A stretch of DNA of 64,000 nucleotides from Oikopleura dioica (taxonomy: Eukaryota > Animalia > Chordata), in assembly GCA_907165135.1 (NCBI GenBank), contig OU015569.1, positions 4,960,001-5,024,000 of the forward strand. Direction: 5' to 3'. Both the position numbers and the translations under genes were made by a program. Positions 11,727 to 25,062 of the stretch are shown piece by piece. The notes below the pieces were generated by a model. The model was not told the origin of the DNA and did not search any database. It was given only the letters and a program-made list of their open reading frames with translations. Every line of letters starts with the position of its first letter. The first letter of the stretch is position 1.

Positions 11727-13690
11727 TTATGCAAGGCGTCGAGAAGATCTCTCGTACCGCTGGTCCTTGAGCTTTTCCTGCATTCCGGCGAACCTGAGGA
11801 ATCTTCGGTACTCCTTCGCGGGTTACTCTGACGCGAAATTTATCTAGCTGGAATTTTTCCAATCAAAATAAAACACCTAAGAACTGCGGCAAAATCACAA
11901 ACTGTCGTCGTCCAAATTTCGCTCAGTTTTAACCCTGCCTCGTCGCGCACAGCACTGTACATTCGCACTCGCACATCAGTCTTTCAAGGCTCAACTTTTT
12001 GCTTTTAGCTCTTTTGCCGTTTCCTTGTTAAATTATTTCAAAAATTTTCTGAAAGAAACGGCAAAAAATGCTAAAAAGAATAATAGTGATATTCAAAGTG
12101 AGCTTCTTTCCTTGTCCCTATTTGGGAAATGCTGCTCGATTTCGTTGAAGATCTTGTTTCTTGAGATGAAGTCTTTTGCCTACAAGAAATCTTTTAAACA
12201 CCGAATACGGACAGAAACGAACGGAAACGTTTCGAGGAGCCTTAATTCGCAAATGCTCATGTCAAAATAGGAAGGGACATGTGTCGGCCAATCTTACCGA
12301 TAACGTATATCCGGATGCTGTTAATCAGAACACCTTAAGGTCGTAACCACCAGATCTACTTTCAATAAGAGAACCCCATGCATATTTATCAGATGAACTC
12401 TAGGCTCAGCAACATGTGTGGAAAACCTGAGTCAGGCTTTGAAAGAGCTTTTCTTTAATGCTGTCTCAAAGCCTTACTCAGGTTTTCCACCAAGGTTACC
12501 GAATGTAGGATGAACAACTACGAGAATAACAGTAATTTTTGAACTCAAATTTGGCGATTTGATTGCTGGTTGTTTTGGTAAATTATCAGAATGTTAACTT
12601 TATCCTTTTAAAAACTTGATTTAATAGACACAAGCTGTATTTTTCTCATTTTTCCATTAATTTGAGTTAATTTTTAATCGGATAAGCATTTCAAAAACCT
12701 TCTTTAAAACTTCTTAAAATAAAGCGGCGTTAGCAATGTGGAGCAGTGTTTATGTATACACAGCGAGAATAATCATTTCTAATTGGCATTATGTGTACAA
12801 AACCCCAAACGCTAATGAAATAATCATGCCCAAATATAATTGTCTACTTGCTTGGTCATTAAATTCAAAAAGAGTAAAGTACCTCAATGATCCAGCGTTC
12901 GTCTTTGTTGTTCGAATTGGCGATCACATTAGCGTTTTCGAATTCGATAGCTTGCACCTTCTCCGAAATGTTTTGACCCGGATACATAATTTTGAGGATG
13001 GAGAGGATTCCAGCGTGACTTTTCTGAGCTTCTTTTAAGATTCTACTCCTTAGTTTCAAACCGTTTCTACATTCTTCAGGTCTGGGCTCGGCAACCTATG
13101 TAGAAAACATGAGTGAGGGTCCGAAAGATCTCCCCTAAAAAAATGGCGTCGCAGAATTACGATTCCAATATATTTCTAAGTTTCGGCGAAGCCACTTTAC
13201 GGCTTATCATTGTAGATCTTTCAGACACTGACTCAGGTTTTGTACGCATGTTGCCAAGCCCAGATTCAGGTGAAAGTTTCACCGTGAAAGCCTAAATATG
13301 ATCTACTGCTGAATGTCTTCCGGGATAACTGCTTATGAAATAAGATTTAGATCACATTTTTAGGAGAATTTCGAGAGGATATATATTTGAGGGTAAATTG
13401 CGTAAAATGGCGTTGCGTTGCGTTTTCCACGTTTAATGTGATTAAGTGTGTTTACTGGTGCAGCTTTAGGGCTAACTGTACTTTCAAGTACTAAAAGCCG
13501 TTCCTAAAGAAAGTCTGATTTTGGTTTGCATCTGTGGACTCTACGTCGATGACAATAGCGCGGGGACGATCCTTAAAGAAGAAGAAGTAATTTTCGTTCC
13601 TTCGAAAACGGCGGCTAGTTTAACTCGCTGACAGATTGATGGAGAAAAGGAAATTACCTGCGGTGGAGTTGAAAAATGCCGCGCTGGGAA
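11727..13690 (-). CDS. Unresolved multi-exon gene of unknown function
   Basis: Protein-like segments bounded by splice signals (DRPRAIVIDVEST; SHAGILSILKIMYPGQNISEK; HPDIRYR; AKDFISRNKIFNEIEQHFPNRDK); a full model could not be assembled. Confidence 0.25.
12400..12508. mobile_element. MITE family 1, short complete copy with 8-bp TSD
   Basis: TIRs flanked by gatgaact / gatgaaca. Confidence 0.88.
13082..13263. mobile_element. MITE family 1, complete copy with 8-bp TSD
   Basis: ctgggctcggcaac...gttgccaagcccag flanked by cttcaggt / attcaggt. Confidence 0.9.
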
Positions 13691-14460
13691 GTAAGTGTCG
13701 ATTTCATCGCGATTCACTTGAGCTTCCGTCCGCTGAATGCAACGTGACCATCATTTATCATTTTTTTAAAGAGCAGATTTAAAAATTACGAAATGAATGA
13801 TTATCATTTGATCATCATCATAAATTTTCAGTATAAAAGTCAAGAGAAGCCATTGAATACCTATTTTCCTAATGAATGTCACAAATAATTATGAGTTTAG
13901 CGTTCGAGTTAGGGTTTTTACCGCCTTCCAACGTTTAGCGAAAGTAAGAGACCTGACGGCCTTATCCATTCCTTTCCCAAATTTTTCCACAAAAGTTACG
14001 TCTCGATAGAAATTCTCATTCTCAGCGAGAGAAAAATATTCGGATCTCACAAGAGTATTAAATTTTAACAATTGTGCGGCACTCTCCAATTGCGGCAGGA
14101 ATTTTATTTTACATGCGTAATTTTAAATACCTTTTTTATGATGTTCGTCTTTCGCGCGCTCAGGCTCATATTTTCTGACTTTTTGAGAAAAAATTGAAAA
14201 TCGGAAAGCCTTTAAAAATAAATTTCTTTCTAGAGAATTTCGAAAAAGACCTTTTATATTTGAAAAGAATCATCGTTGATTGCGATATAAATTGAGTTTG
14301 TTTATTAGTTTTCAGTTCGTTTTTCTAGAGGCAGAAATACTTATCCGTAAAGTTGAAGTATGCTCATTAATCTGGGCATTTAGCTCGTTCAGCTGACTGC
14401 TGCAGTTTTGTACAATAAATAAAGGTAGGGTCAGTTTTTGGAAAAGTAAAGGGGCTCTGC

Positions 14461-17400
14461 TCAAGGGCCGCCGAGGTAAAAGTTTTGGAGGTATTCAAGT
14501 GTGGCGCGGTAAATAAACTGGTATTGCTCCGCCGTCTGTATCATTCCCGGTCGCCGGCAACGCATCAGCTTCACTGTTTGGAAGATGTCAACCTGAATAG
14601 TCGATGATTGCTAGACACTCTCATTCTCAACTAACCTCTCCTTCACATCGAAGACGCTCTAGAATCACAGTGAGGCCGATAAAAACGCCTGTTCTCCCGA
14701 CTCCCGCCGAGCAATGGACACAAATGGGCCCAACAACTCCAAATTGCTCTCGCGTCTTGTGAACCTAAAATTTTTTTTAATTATCTGCTTATACTTGCCA
14801 TTCTACTTGTCCGATGAGATCAATAAAGTTATCAGCATGAGAGGGCACTTCCGCGCCTTCTGGCCAACTGACAAAGTGAAACTGGCGAATTGTTCGGGAG
14901 GTTCCGTCGCGCGCATCTGTCATCAGAAATTCCCTAGAACGAATTTTAAAAAAGAAAGTTTGGGTTGTGGAATTACCGCATGACAAATCCTTCGCAACAG
15001 AATTCGCTGGTAAATTCGACGATGTAATATGTATACCGGGCTTTTTTGCCTTCCGGCCAGTACCTTAAAAAGTTTAAGTTTTCCTAACTTTAAAAAGATT
15101 CATTACTTTGTGCACTTTTCGCGGCCAAGTTCGTTGAGTTGTGTAAGCATTACTATCATGGTTACGTTGTTCTCCCAGATCATCCGCCAAAAATCATCGC
15201 TTGTGTTTGACATTGGGGCTTGGGTGGCGATGTACGCGCCTTGAAATGTTGATCACTGTACCTCATTTATTTTTTTTTACCTTTTTCCTTATAGCCATCA
15301 ATGAAAGAAGCGTTGATATAGTCGCTGCCTTCAATGCCACGGATAGGACGAAGGTAGACTCTCGAGCTATCGTAAGGGAGAACATTCACCAGTCTGTTCT
15401 TTTTCTTGTTGCAAGCCAAGCTCGCCGCTATAAATCAACAATGAGCTCCGAATATTGTATTCAGGTTGATACCTTGTGCGTGAACGCGCCCTTTCGGCAT
15501 GAGCTGAAGTCGTTTGAACTCTTGATCGAATCCAGTCGCGCCAGCAGCATCGACATTGCTCAGTCGCTCAATTGTTTTTGGAATTTCGCGCGCTTGGATT
15601 TGAGTCCCGAATTCCAAGTTGCAAGAACTAAGGGCTTCAACTAGAGATAGTGTTTAATTTTTTCTTGGATAAAGTGGAGAGAATCTTACCAACGGATTCG
15701 ACGACAAAAACGTATTGTTCTTCACTTTGTATTAAACCAGGTCTCGCGACGCGCATGCTCTTCAGCAATTCAACAGGCTCAATGCTCATACTCTTATTCG
15801 CCCTCTTTAGCATCGCCAAGGCGAGAAGTAGACATCCCGTTCTTCCTAGCCCAGCTGAACAGTGCGCAATGATTGGCCCTTTTCGCACATCTTCGCCTGG
15901 AATCCTTTCAAGCAGAGCCAAAAATTGCGCTGGAAATTCGGGCACTCCGCAATCTGGCCAGCCGTGGAAGCGAATCTGGTTTACTTCGCGCGTTTGACTT
16001 CCATTTGCTAAATTGAGCCGCGAGATCGACCAGAACGCGAGATGAGACTCTTCAAGCAACGAAATAGTTATTGAGCCGTAATGCGCATCGCCCATGTCTT
16101 TCTCTGGCCAGTACTGAACGCATTTGCTCCTGCCGCGCTCTTCCAGCTCGCAAAGCATCACAATACAGGAAACGTTGTTCTCCCATGTCATTTGCCAAAA
16201 ATCTGCTATTGTGTTCTCTAGTGGGCCTTTGTGACGGATAAAAATATCAAAAAAATAGTCATCGTTATGTACCGTATTTTGTTTTAGCAAAATTAGAACA
16301 TAGTTTGATTTTAACCGGACCTTGAGTTGCAATCGCTTTTTCACTTGGGTCAATTTCTATCCAGTTGGCATGGATGAACTCGCCGCTCTTGAGTTGGACG
16401 CGGGAGTGATCGGGGCAATTTGAATTGCCGTATCGGCACTTGTCCAGAGCTTTTTGCTGCGCATGTGCTGGCATTTCTTCTGACGCCTGGATTAGATGCC
16501 ACTCGTCGTGCAGCTTCAGTCCGCCGTTCGCCTTCAATGCGTCGAGTTTTGAGCTCAACTCGGTCGCTTGCTTGCTCAGGGAGTGATTAGAGGGAGCCTT
16601 GACAGGACTGACGTGTTCTGATGCACGGTACTCATCTGATCGTTTGATACCACTAAGATACGGCTTATCCCCACTCATCCGTCTTTTAATAACGAAGAAG
16701 ACGATTGCCGAAATGAAAACGAAAGCGAGTGTCATTGCAGCGATGATTATTGTGCCAAGCTCAGTGGTGGTGCTGATCAAGCTGCCAGCTTCCGCGATGA
16801 CATGAATGGGCTGAGAAAGGCGCGTCGAGGAGTGTTTCCAGTTGTTCACTGCGTTTCGAAAGTGAAGTCTAACGAATGCGTAAAAGACACCTGGAGGTAG
16901 ATTTTTGTTTTCAATTCCTTGCGTTTGGCCGCCGCCGCCGATGACAAAAGGTTTCCCAGCGAAATGGTTCATGAACTCTTCATATCTCCACTGCGCGACT
17001 ATCCAAGCGAACGGTTCATTTTCTTCTTCGCCCGTCGATGAAAATATTTCTTGCGTCAAATCATCTGGCCGCGTGTCGCCGCGTTTAGTAACGATTATGG
17101 AAACGCGAGTAGGACTGACGCCACTTCCAAAAGACGCAAAGGGGAGGGTAATGTTGACCACGCCGCCAGGATTGATGCTGTCAACGCGGATCACGTCGCC
17201 TAGCGTTGGGGTCGTTGTGAATTCGACTACTTGTGAGGTTTGGTCACTGCCAGTCATGGTTATTGAGACGATCCAGAATCTAACATGTACTCCAGCTGCT
17301 AATTTTTGAATTTTGAAGGAAAGCGCGTCCTGCTCAAGCGTATCTTGTTCAGGCTGTTCATCATTTATCGAGTAATAGACGAGGAACTTTTGCACATGCT

Positions 17401-20400
17401 TGTGGTACTGGGGCCTGTCCCAAATCACCTGTGCCCAGTTAGTTCCCACTTCTACTACGCGCAGGTTCTGAGCAATGACTCGTGTCAAACCACAGAATCC
17501 AACAATTGGCTGAGAATAAGGCCCCGAGCCCTCCTTGTTGATTGCAGAGACTGAAAACTCAAACCGTTCTCCACAATATTCTGACGCATCCGCTCGATTG
17601 TCCAGAGTCAAGTTGAATCGAGGTGAATGAACTGATCGCTAGAAATCAAAATTAGTCTTTTGAACGAAAAATCGCTCATCGATTGCGGAAATAAGCTCTT
17701 TTAGCTTGAGGATTTGGACGTTTGCATAAGACTTGAATTGAATAAAATGTTAACTCTCTGACTTAGTTATGCTAGCATTGATTTTCTCTTCAAAGCGCGA
17801 GACTTTCATCACAGCTGTGCGTTTCTTAATGCAATTATTATCGAACTTGAGCGTGACAAGGGTCAAGTGTCTGATCGAATTTTGTAACAGATCAGTCGAT
17901 TGAAAATATCTACTTCGTTATGAAAAATGCTATCTACTTTTAGTAAAAAAAGATGGTGATATAGTCTATGTCAAATAGAGGTAAAGAATAATTTACCTAG
18001 AAATGAGAATGAATTGTAGAAAGTTAGTTGTTTATCAAGGTAACTCGGAAAGTTGTCAAGCTGGTATACGTTCTTTCAGAATCGAAATCATTTTAAACTT
18101 GCGTTGGATCTGTCTTTATATATGATTATCGAGATTTAAGGTCATCGACAGATTTGTATGTTTATGCGCTTGAGGGGAGAAAATTGAACTTCAGCGTGTT
18201 CCAGCTCTCTAGGGAGAGATAATCCAATTTCGCCACACATGTGCGACATCAAAGGACACATTCACCTTGCCCCGTCTGTCACAAACTTAGAAAGGTTAGA
18301 GCTAATTCATCGACTGTCATTTTAAAAATCTTAATCGCACTCAATATATGTTCCGCGGAATTATCCACATACAGACGCTGGATGCACGCCAACAGTATCT
18401 ATATGTCAGCAGACGATTAATTTACTCGAGGCGGCATTAGTGAGCATTCAGAGAGTCTCTGTATATTCACTAACGCTTTTAAAGACAAAGCAGATCTAAT
18501 GGACTATTTGCTAATTACCTCTGCAAAGCCAGCTTCTAGCGGCCAGTCTTTAGGGTCCATTCGTCTGTTTCTTTTTGGAGTCGCCAGCCTCCAGCGAATA
18601 TTGTAGTTGGTCACGTGGCCGCCACTGCGTTCTGAAGGCAACGGTCCCCAAGTGACGGTGATCCTTTCTTCCGATGAGAAGACTTGAACCCCGGGCGGCG
18701 GGATCATAGGCGCTATCGTTTCAATAGCAACGATAACCGTCAACGGGTTGCTTTTGTGACTTCCTCTTATTGCCACAAGACGGAACTGATACTCGTAGCC
18801 CCATGCAAGCTTGTCAAATCTGAACTGCGCTCGATCGCCAGAGATTGTAAAAGAGTGATCCTCGAAACTTGTAGGAGCGTTCTTTTTAACTCTGAAAATC
18901 TTGACTTCGTAATCGTCAGGATTTTCTAGACGCTTTGGCGGCGAGAAAAAGACCGTCACTGCCTTGCCACTGATGTCAACGGGTTGTGATAAGCTGGGAC
19001 TGTTGGTCGGCCCAGTCCGGGCTTCAATAACTGTTGACCATTGAACGTCGCCAGATGATAAGACCGCGCCGACCTGGGCGAGATAGTCCGCGTCTGGATC
19101 AAGACTCAACTTCTTGGACACCGTCTTCGAGTCAAAAACTTCCGTTTCAGTCCATTTTTCATTCGGTCGTTTTGAACGAATTTTGATTCCCGCCAGTTCC
19201 TTCACTTTTTCGATGGCAACTTCCAAAGGAGCGTCAACGATGATTCTCCTTGCAGAGGAATCACGTTTTCTGGCGTTAAATCGATGCTCTTCAAGGTCGT
19301 CGTTGAATTTTGCCGGCTAGTTCTCTGTCCGTTCTTTCCGTTAGCTGTTACAATCGCTAAATACTCTGTTTCAGGAGTGAGTTTTCTAAAGACGGCGCTC
19401 CGAGTTGAAGAAGGAAAGACATTTTTGGCAAAGGGAACACCAGAGATCTTTTCTGAGATAGAGACCACGAAGTTAGAAAGAGTTTTTTCGTCGCCAGGCC
19501 AATCCCACTGGACGTATAGATCGGTAATGGAGGGGCGAAGAATCAGATCAGCGATTTTTTCAACTGGGACCAAGTCCAACAGAGCAAAGTGCGCTCCTTC
19601 TGACCAAGGGCCCACGTGACTGGGCGAAATAGCGCGAACTTCTACAACATATTCGCCAAATTTCAAATCTTCCAAAATCAAGAACTGCTTCGTTGAATTG
19701 AAAATTTCAAACTGGTCGGCCGAAGAGAGCCGGATTTGAAAAGCGTCTGGACTTGGCGTTCCAGACTCCGTCAATCGCCAAGAGACGTTTCTGCTGAGCG
19801 GTGCGGCGGGCAGCTCCTCGACAGTTGGCAAAGGGAGTTTCTCGAGCAGGGGCATTGTCAATGTCGCGAGTTTGCTTCCCTTGCTTTGGAAACCGTATTT
19901 AGACTTGGACTTGACTTTTAATAGGATGAAAGATGTAAAACTGCAATAAAAACGAAATCGCCAGTTGAGAAACTTAACATTATTTTTTTAGAAAAATTCA
20001 TCCTTTCCTAGAAATAAGTATTTGTCCCCTGGCCGAAGCTGCAACTCGGTAGCAAACTCGTAGAAAGACTCACTCACATCACTAACAAGTCTCCAGTGAA
20101 ATAAATCGGATGGTGGAACGCCTTTCGTAAAATAGATGTCGTATAAGACGCCTGGTACATTAACAGGCGTCCAACTCAACCTCGCGCTTGTTGCTCCGTC
20201 GGTCAGCACAACAGAGAGGTTTGTCGGATCGCCGGGGCGACGTGGCCCCGCGAATTCAAAAGTCGTTGATCCAAATGACTTCCGATCATAGAAATCCTCA
20301 GCCGTCAAATAGGCCGAATACTCGGTGAATGGTTTTACTTCAAACTCGTAGAAGTCTTTTTCTTTCTGGATCGGATAAGGTTGAGCGGGTTCTAAAAGGA

Positions 20401-23297
20401 AAGTTTCAATAAGAAAATAAAATTGTAACTCACTAACCTGTATTATTAATAGTGACGTAAAGAATATAGCGCTGAACAGATGGGACGGGTTCCCACTCGA
20501 TTCGCACGAATTTGCCAGTTTCGTCCAACACCGGCGAGTTCTTGATGATCGGAGCAGCAAGCGTCTCTGGCTGCACAAAGAGATCTTGTGTCACTTCCTT
20601 CGAGAACTGGTGCTGCCTAGCTACGCATGTGAAGTTTTCAGCGCGCGATAAAGCGCCAATTTGCAACGTCGAGCGCACAACATTCAATTCATCTTTCTCG
20701 TGATAAGATTGAGTTCCCAGCTTTTTCGAGGGATCGAGGCGAGTCCAGAAAACGGTTGGCCGGGGGTGGCCGGTTGCTTCGCAGATTAGTTGCCTCTTTT
20801 TGTCGACTGTCTCGTAGACGTCGATGAAGGTGGACGTTATCTCAACTAGAAGAAAACGGGAAATTGAGTTTTGGGTTGTCGTCTGACTGGTGCTGGTAGG
20901 AATCGTTGTTGTGGTGGTGGTTTTATGCCAAATAGTGCGAATCGGCGGCGAGTAAGCCCTCGTTGGAACTATTTTTGGAGAAGATGCTCGTTCACGAAGG
21001 GCACCCAGCCAAACTCGAGTTCCTTTTTGTAGCTCGCCGTTTTCATTCAAATAGTAGCACCTTAATTAGAACTCGTCAGGAATCGACCAAAAATGTTCAC
21101 TTTATTTTATGACAGGATTAAATATGCAAGTTCAGTTAGAGCTTTCTTTCAATTACAAAGGGCGCAAAAACGATCGATGAAAAGGGGCTTGTAAAAAGAG
21201 ACCCATAAGGACGGTTTTAGGCCATATTTGATTGAATTGATTAATCACTGGCGACAGACACACTTCTTGCACTTATAAAAACCTAATCACGACTCCCCTG
21301 TCGTCATAAAGCCACCATCGTCTTAATTCGCTCCCTATCTGTATTTACAAGTGATAGACTCAAAATTACATTTATACTTATTTAACGCAATGGCTAAATT
21401 TATTTATTTATTGTATACTTGTAATTTCAATGCTTACTGTAGTTATTTAGCGAGTATTTGGGATATCCGCTATGAAAATAGGAAGTGGGCAAACAATCTT
21501 TGTCTAAAATCACAAATGGTGTTAGGCGTGTTACTTATCAAAACAAAACGACTTTGGCACGGTGCAAGAGATAAATACGACAACTCAAAATTTGTTAGTT
21601 TTGGAACTACGGTGTTAATTTTACTCACATGTAGTGCGCTGTGTCGTCCTTGCTCGCCGGAAATACGGTGAGTTTGTTGCGAGCACTTTCTTCCCCGGGA
21701 GTGTAGACGTAGCTGCCTACTTCCGTGCTGTCCTTGCTCTTGAACCAGTAGACTTCCTTCGGCGTTGCTCTCTCGAGGCCACAGTCCATTAAAATAGGGT
21801 CACCGACGTATCCCTTTTCTTGCTTACTGCTGCCATCTTCCATTTTCAAACTCCTGTCGCGGCTCAAGAATGCGTCCCGCGTCGCTACAACAGAACCTGA
21901 CGCAATGTCCGAAACGACGCATGTAAACTTTGTCTTCTGCTTGCTCCAAATCGTGACGAATATATTTGACCCAACAACATCATCGTATTGCCAATTTGCT
22001 TGTGTCGTTACTTTCTTGTATCGAGAATCTTCCAGGGGTTTTCCTTTATGATCCTTCCAGCTGATCCCTTAATAAGAATTCTATTTATTTGAATCAATGA
22101 TAATTTTCAAGAGCTTTTTCGGTCCAACCATAAATGTCTGTTGAAATTGATGATCGGCTCTGCCCTGTCATGAAGGAAGAAAATAATGATAATGCTCCGC
22201 CGGCGCTAATTTGCGATTTTGGCGATTAAAATTCTAGCTGCTGGGTGATCCATCAAAATTCACCCTTTATCCTCGCGCGCGGGAAGAGAGGGAGGAAGAT
22301 TAATTGGAAAAAATGAAGTGGCGAACTGGGTGGTGTCAAGTGGCCAATAATGGGCCCCGGCGCAGGAAGTGTTTGGGGACTTTGCCAAGGTGCACCGCCA
22401 AGCCTAATCAAAAAGTAATTACTTCAAATTTGTATTTTTAATTGCGCCCGGGTTCTTCTTTTTGCGCTTCTTGCGTACAAAATTTCTTCTTACAACATTT
22501 TTTGCATTTTGTATTCTGCCATTTTTCCTGTGATTCTTTAGCTTGCCGATTGTAGCAAATCTATTCTCCTATTTTGGCGGCAATCAAATAAATCTCCAAA
22601 TTTCCGGGCAGAAGCCGGCCTACTATTTGCTTTTTGGGATGCTCATTGCGCTAAATAACCCAGATGGGGCGTAAAATCGAGATTTCAACAAAATATAGAC
22701 CTCCTCGCTGCAAAAATTTTGAATTTGGCAAAAAAGTCACGCTCACTTGAGAACGAAGGCAGTTCTCATCCTTCTGAGCCAGTCAAGCTCATCTGGTAAT
22801 GGCCAGCTGTCTTGGGACAAAAGAAGCCCTTGGTGGGATTATGACCAGCGAATCCGTGGAGCAATCGATGCCTGAAGAAATCCAAGCAGAAGGCCCCGGC
22901 TATCATAATTAATCAACACGGACACTTCCATAGCCCTGGGGAGCACTTCCCCCTTTTTATGAAATTTACAATCATCCCTTTGCAAACCATCCTAAGTAAA
23001 TCAAGATCTCATCCCTCTCCTATCGCTAAAATTGAGAAATTTCTGCTGCATTTTTTATCTAACCTTTAAAGTTAGGCTTGAAAATATTTTAAATTAAAAT
23101 TTTTAATAGGCCGTTAAAAATAGAAAAAAAATACATTTGAACTTACTGTAATTTCTTCCTTTGACAGCACAAACCAGCGGCGCTGGCTCTTCCGGTCCAG
23201 TAACGACGCTGGCGGGTTCAACTGTAAATCTGACTGTATCTGCTCTTCCGTTTCCCAACAAATTAACATAGGCGAAGAGAAAAAGGCAATTCCTCAT
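14461..23297 (-). CDS. Lar: LAR-family (type IIa) receptor protein tyrosine phosphatase: signal peptide, 3 Ig, multiple FN3, TM, PTP D1 and D2
   Basis: ATG at 23297 ([15 protein letters not shown]); Ig Cys/Trp motifs; FN3 repeats; [23 protein letters not shown]; D1 has [17 protein letters not shown] and QSEEQY; D2 has [37 protein letters not shown] and [10 protein letters not shown], typical of LAR/PTPRD/PTPRS; stop at 14461. One apparent frameshift at ~19206. Confidence 0.93.
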
Positions 23298-24232
23298 TCT
23301 CTTGAAGATGTTTTCGTTCACTCTCTAGTTGAATCTCTTTAACTTTCTCATGCGTTGTTTATTTTTTCTGAAGATGGAAGAACTGCAAGTTTCATTTTAA
23401 AAATCCTCTTCCGATTTAGTCGTGGCGTACTCTCTCGGGCAGCTCAACTTGCGCTCACGAGATGGCGCTCTTTGCGAATCAATCCAAATTAGGGCTATAG
23501 CCAGATCAATTATCTAATTACAATTGATTTACGTACTGCATCATCAAGCTTTATGCACTGTATTCATGTTTGTTTTTCGTTTTTTTAAAGTGATTGTTTT
23601 TGATTTGTTTTACGACTGCACCATATAGTAATTAATTGAAAATAAAATGAAGGCTTTCAACTTCAAAGATGCCGAGAAAGAAAAGTAAAGCGGAACTACT
23701 ATCGCGACGGAGATATTTTCCCAGAAGAGTTGAGCCGATAGTGCTACCGTCAAGAGAAGCTTATTTTCTGTCTTTCTCATCAAACTTGAGCCGGCTTCTT
23801 GTTTTCTTTCTTGCATCATAAAAATGAGGATGAGTTTCTTTTGAAGCTCGCAATTTTCAGAAAAGTCATAAAAGGCTGCGGAAGGGCTGTGATTTAGAAA
23901 TACGAAGGGCGTAATTAGGAAGGCGATAATTGGGATTTCTATTTCGGAAATTAATTTCGTTGATTTGGCGGATTTCAAGCGGTGATTTGCGAATTGACCG
24001 AGGCAAATATTGGTAACGGACGCAACTTTGGTATTTTCTCGATTCGCATTCTTTTTTTCGATATTTGTCAAATGCTCACAGCCACAAATGTCGACCCTTC
24101 TGTCGCGTACTCAACCGTCATCCCCCTTTTCAATTTATTAGCGGTTATTTTCGGACAAGCTGCTTCTACGTCTTGAAGAGTAACAAAAACTTTTCCTTCT
24201 GCAATTTATTCGAATCAAATTTATTTTTTTCC

Positions 24233-24711
24233 TTAATTTTTTGCAGGTTCAGCAAGTTTCTGGTTCTTGGGGCAAGTCCCCCGATTGAAAACTTCTGAAA
24301 TACTGGTGAACTCATCCGATGAAGCCCATTTGGTATCCGTGTCCTCAAGGTTATTTTGCTATGAATATAATTAACTCCTTATTCTTTATCTTCCAAAACT
24401 TACCCGTATTTCTTGCGAGAGAGATCTTTGCTTCCTCATGTTTGCGATTTAGATAGTCCCAATGGTCCTTATTTGTGATCCCTTTTGTGCGCAGTTCGTT
24501 CAGTTTTTGAGAACTGAGAATGATTATTTCTCTTGAATAATCTATCCACGCTTTATGTGCTTATTATTGATACAAAATTGCAAAATTTAAGTGGCTGAAA
24601 AATTTGTAACAATGTCCTTGAGCCTGTACTCAGACTCTACTAGTTCAATGGCGTCAATGTCCTGCTTGAATTTTATGTTTTTATTCGATCTTCTGGATTT
24701 TCTCCGCTCAT
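24233..24711 (-). CDS. Orphan gene triplet, copy C (lacks the third exon; possibly truncated or a pseudogene)
   Basis: MSGENPEDRIKNIKFKQDIDAIELVESEYRLKDI.. AHKAWIDYS.. KWASSDEF homologous to copies A and B; canonical splicing of intron 2 gives an early stop. Confidence 0.65.
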
Positions 24712-25062
24712 TTTTTAGAATGAAAAGTCCTCTACTCTGTTAAAAAATGATGCTGCAGACGAGCGTCGAGTTCTGACGATTGATAAAGATTCGCGGTGTG
24801 TTTCTCTGGATCTGAGAGTAAGAATGTTCTTCTCATCACCGGCAAATTCCAATCAAATGCTCAGCAAGCCGAAGGACTTTTTTGTCTGATAGATCAGAGG
24901 CGTTCCTACGACGCCGTATTTACTCTGTGCAAACGTTCGGTAATATAAACGAGATGCATTTGAGATTGCCTTGTGTATAGTTTGCAATAGTTTCTGTCTT
25001 GATGATAGAAATTCTAACAATGAGTTAATATTTTTGCGTTTATTCTTTCTATTCTCAGACAA

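Noticed and set aside
15201-20703. Plus-strand ORFs overlapping the RPTP
   Set aside because: These are antisense shadows of long coding exons.
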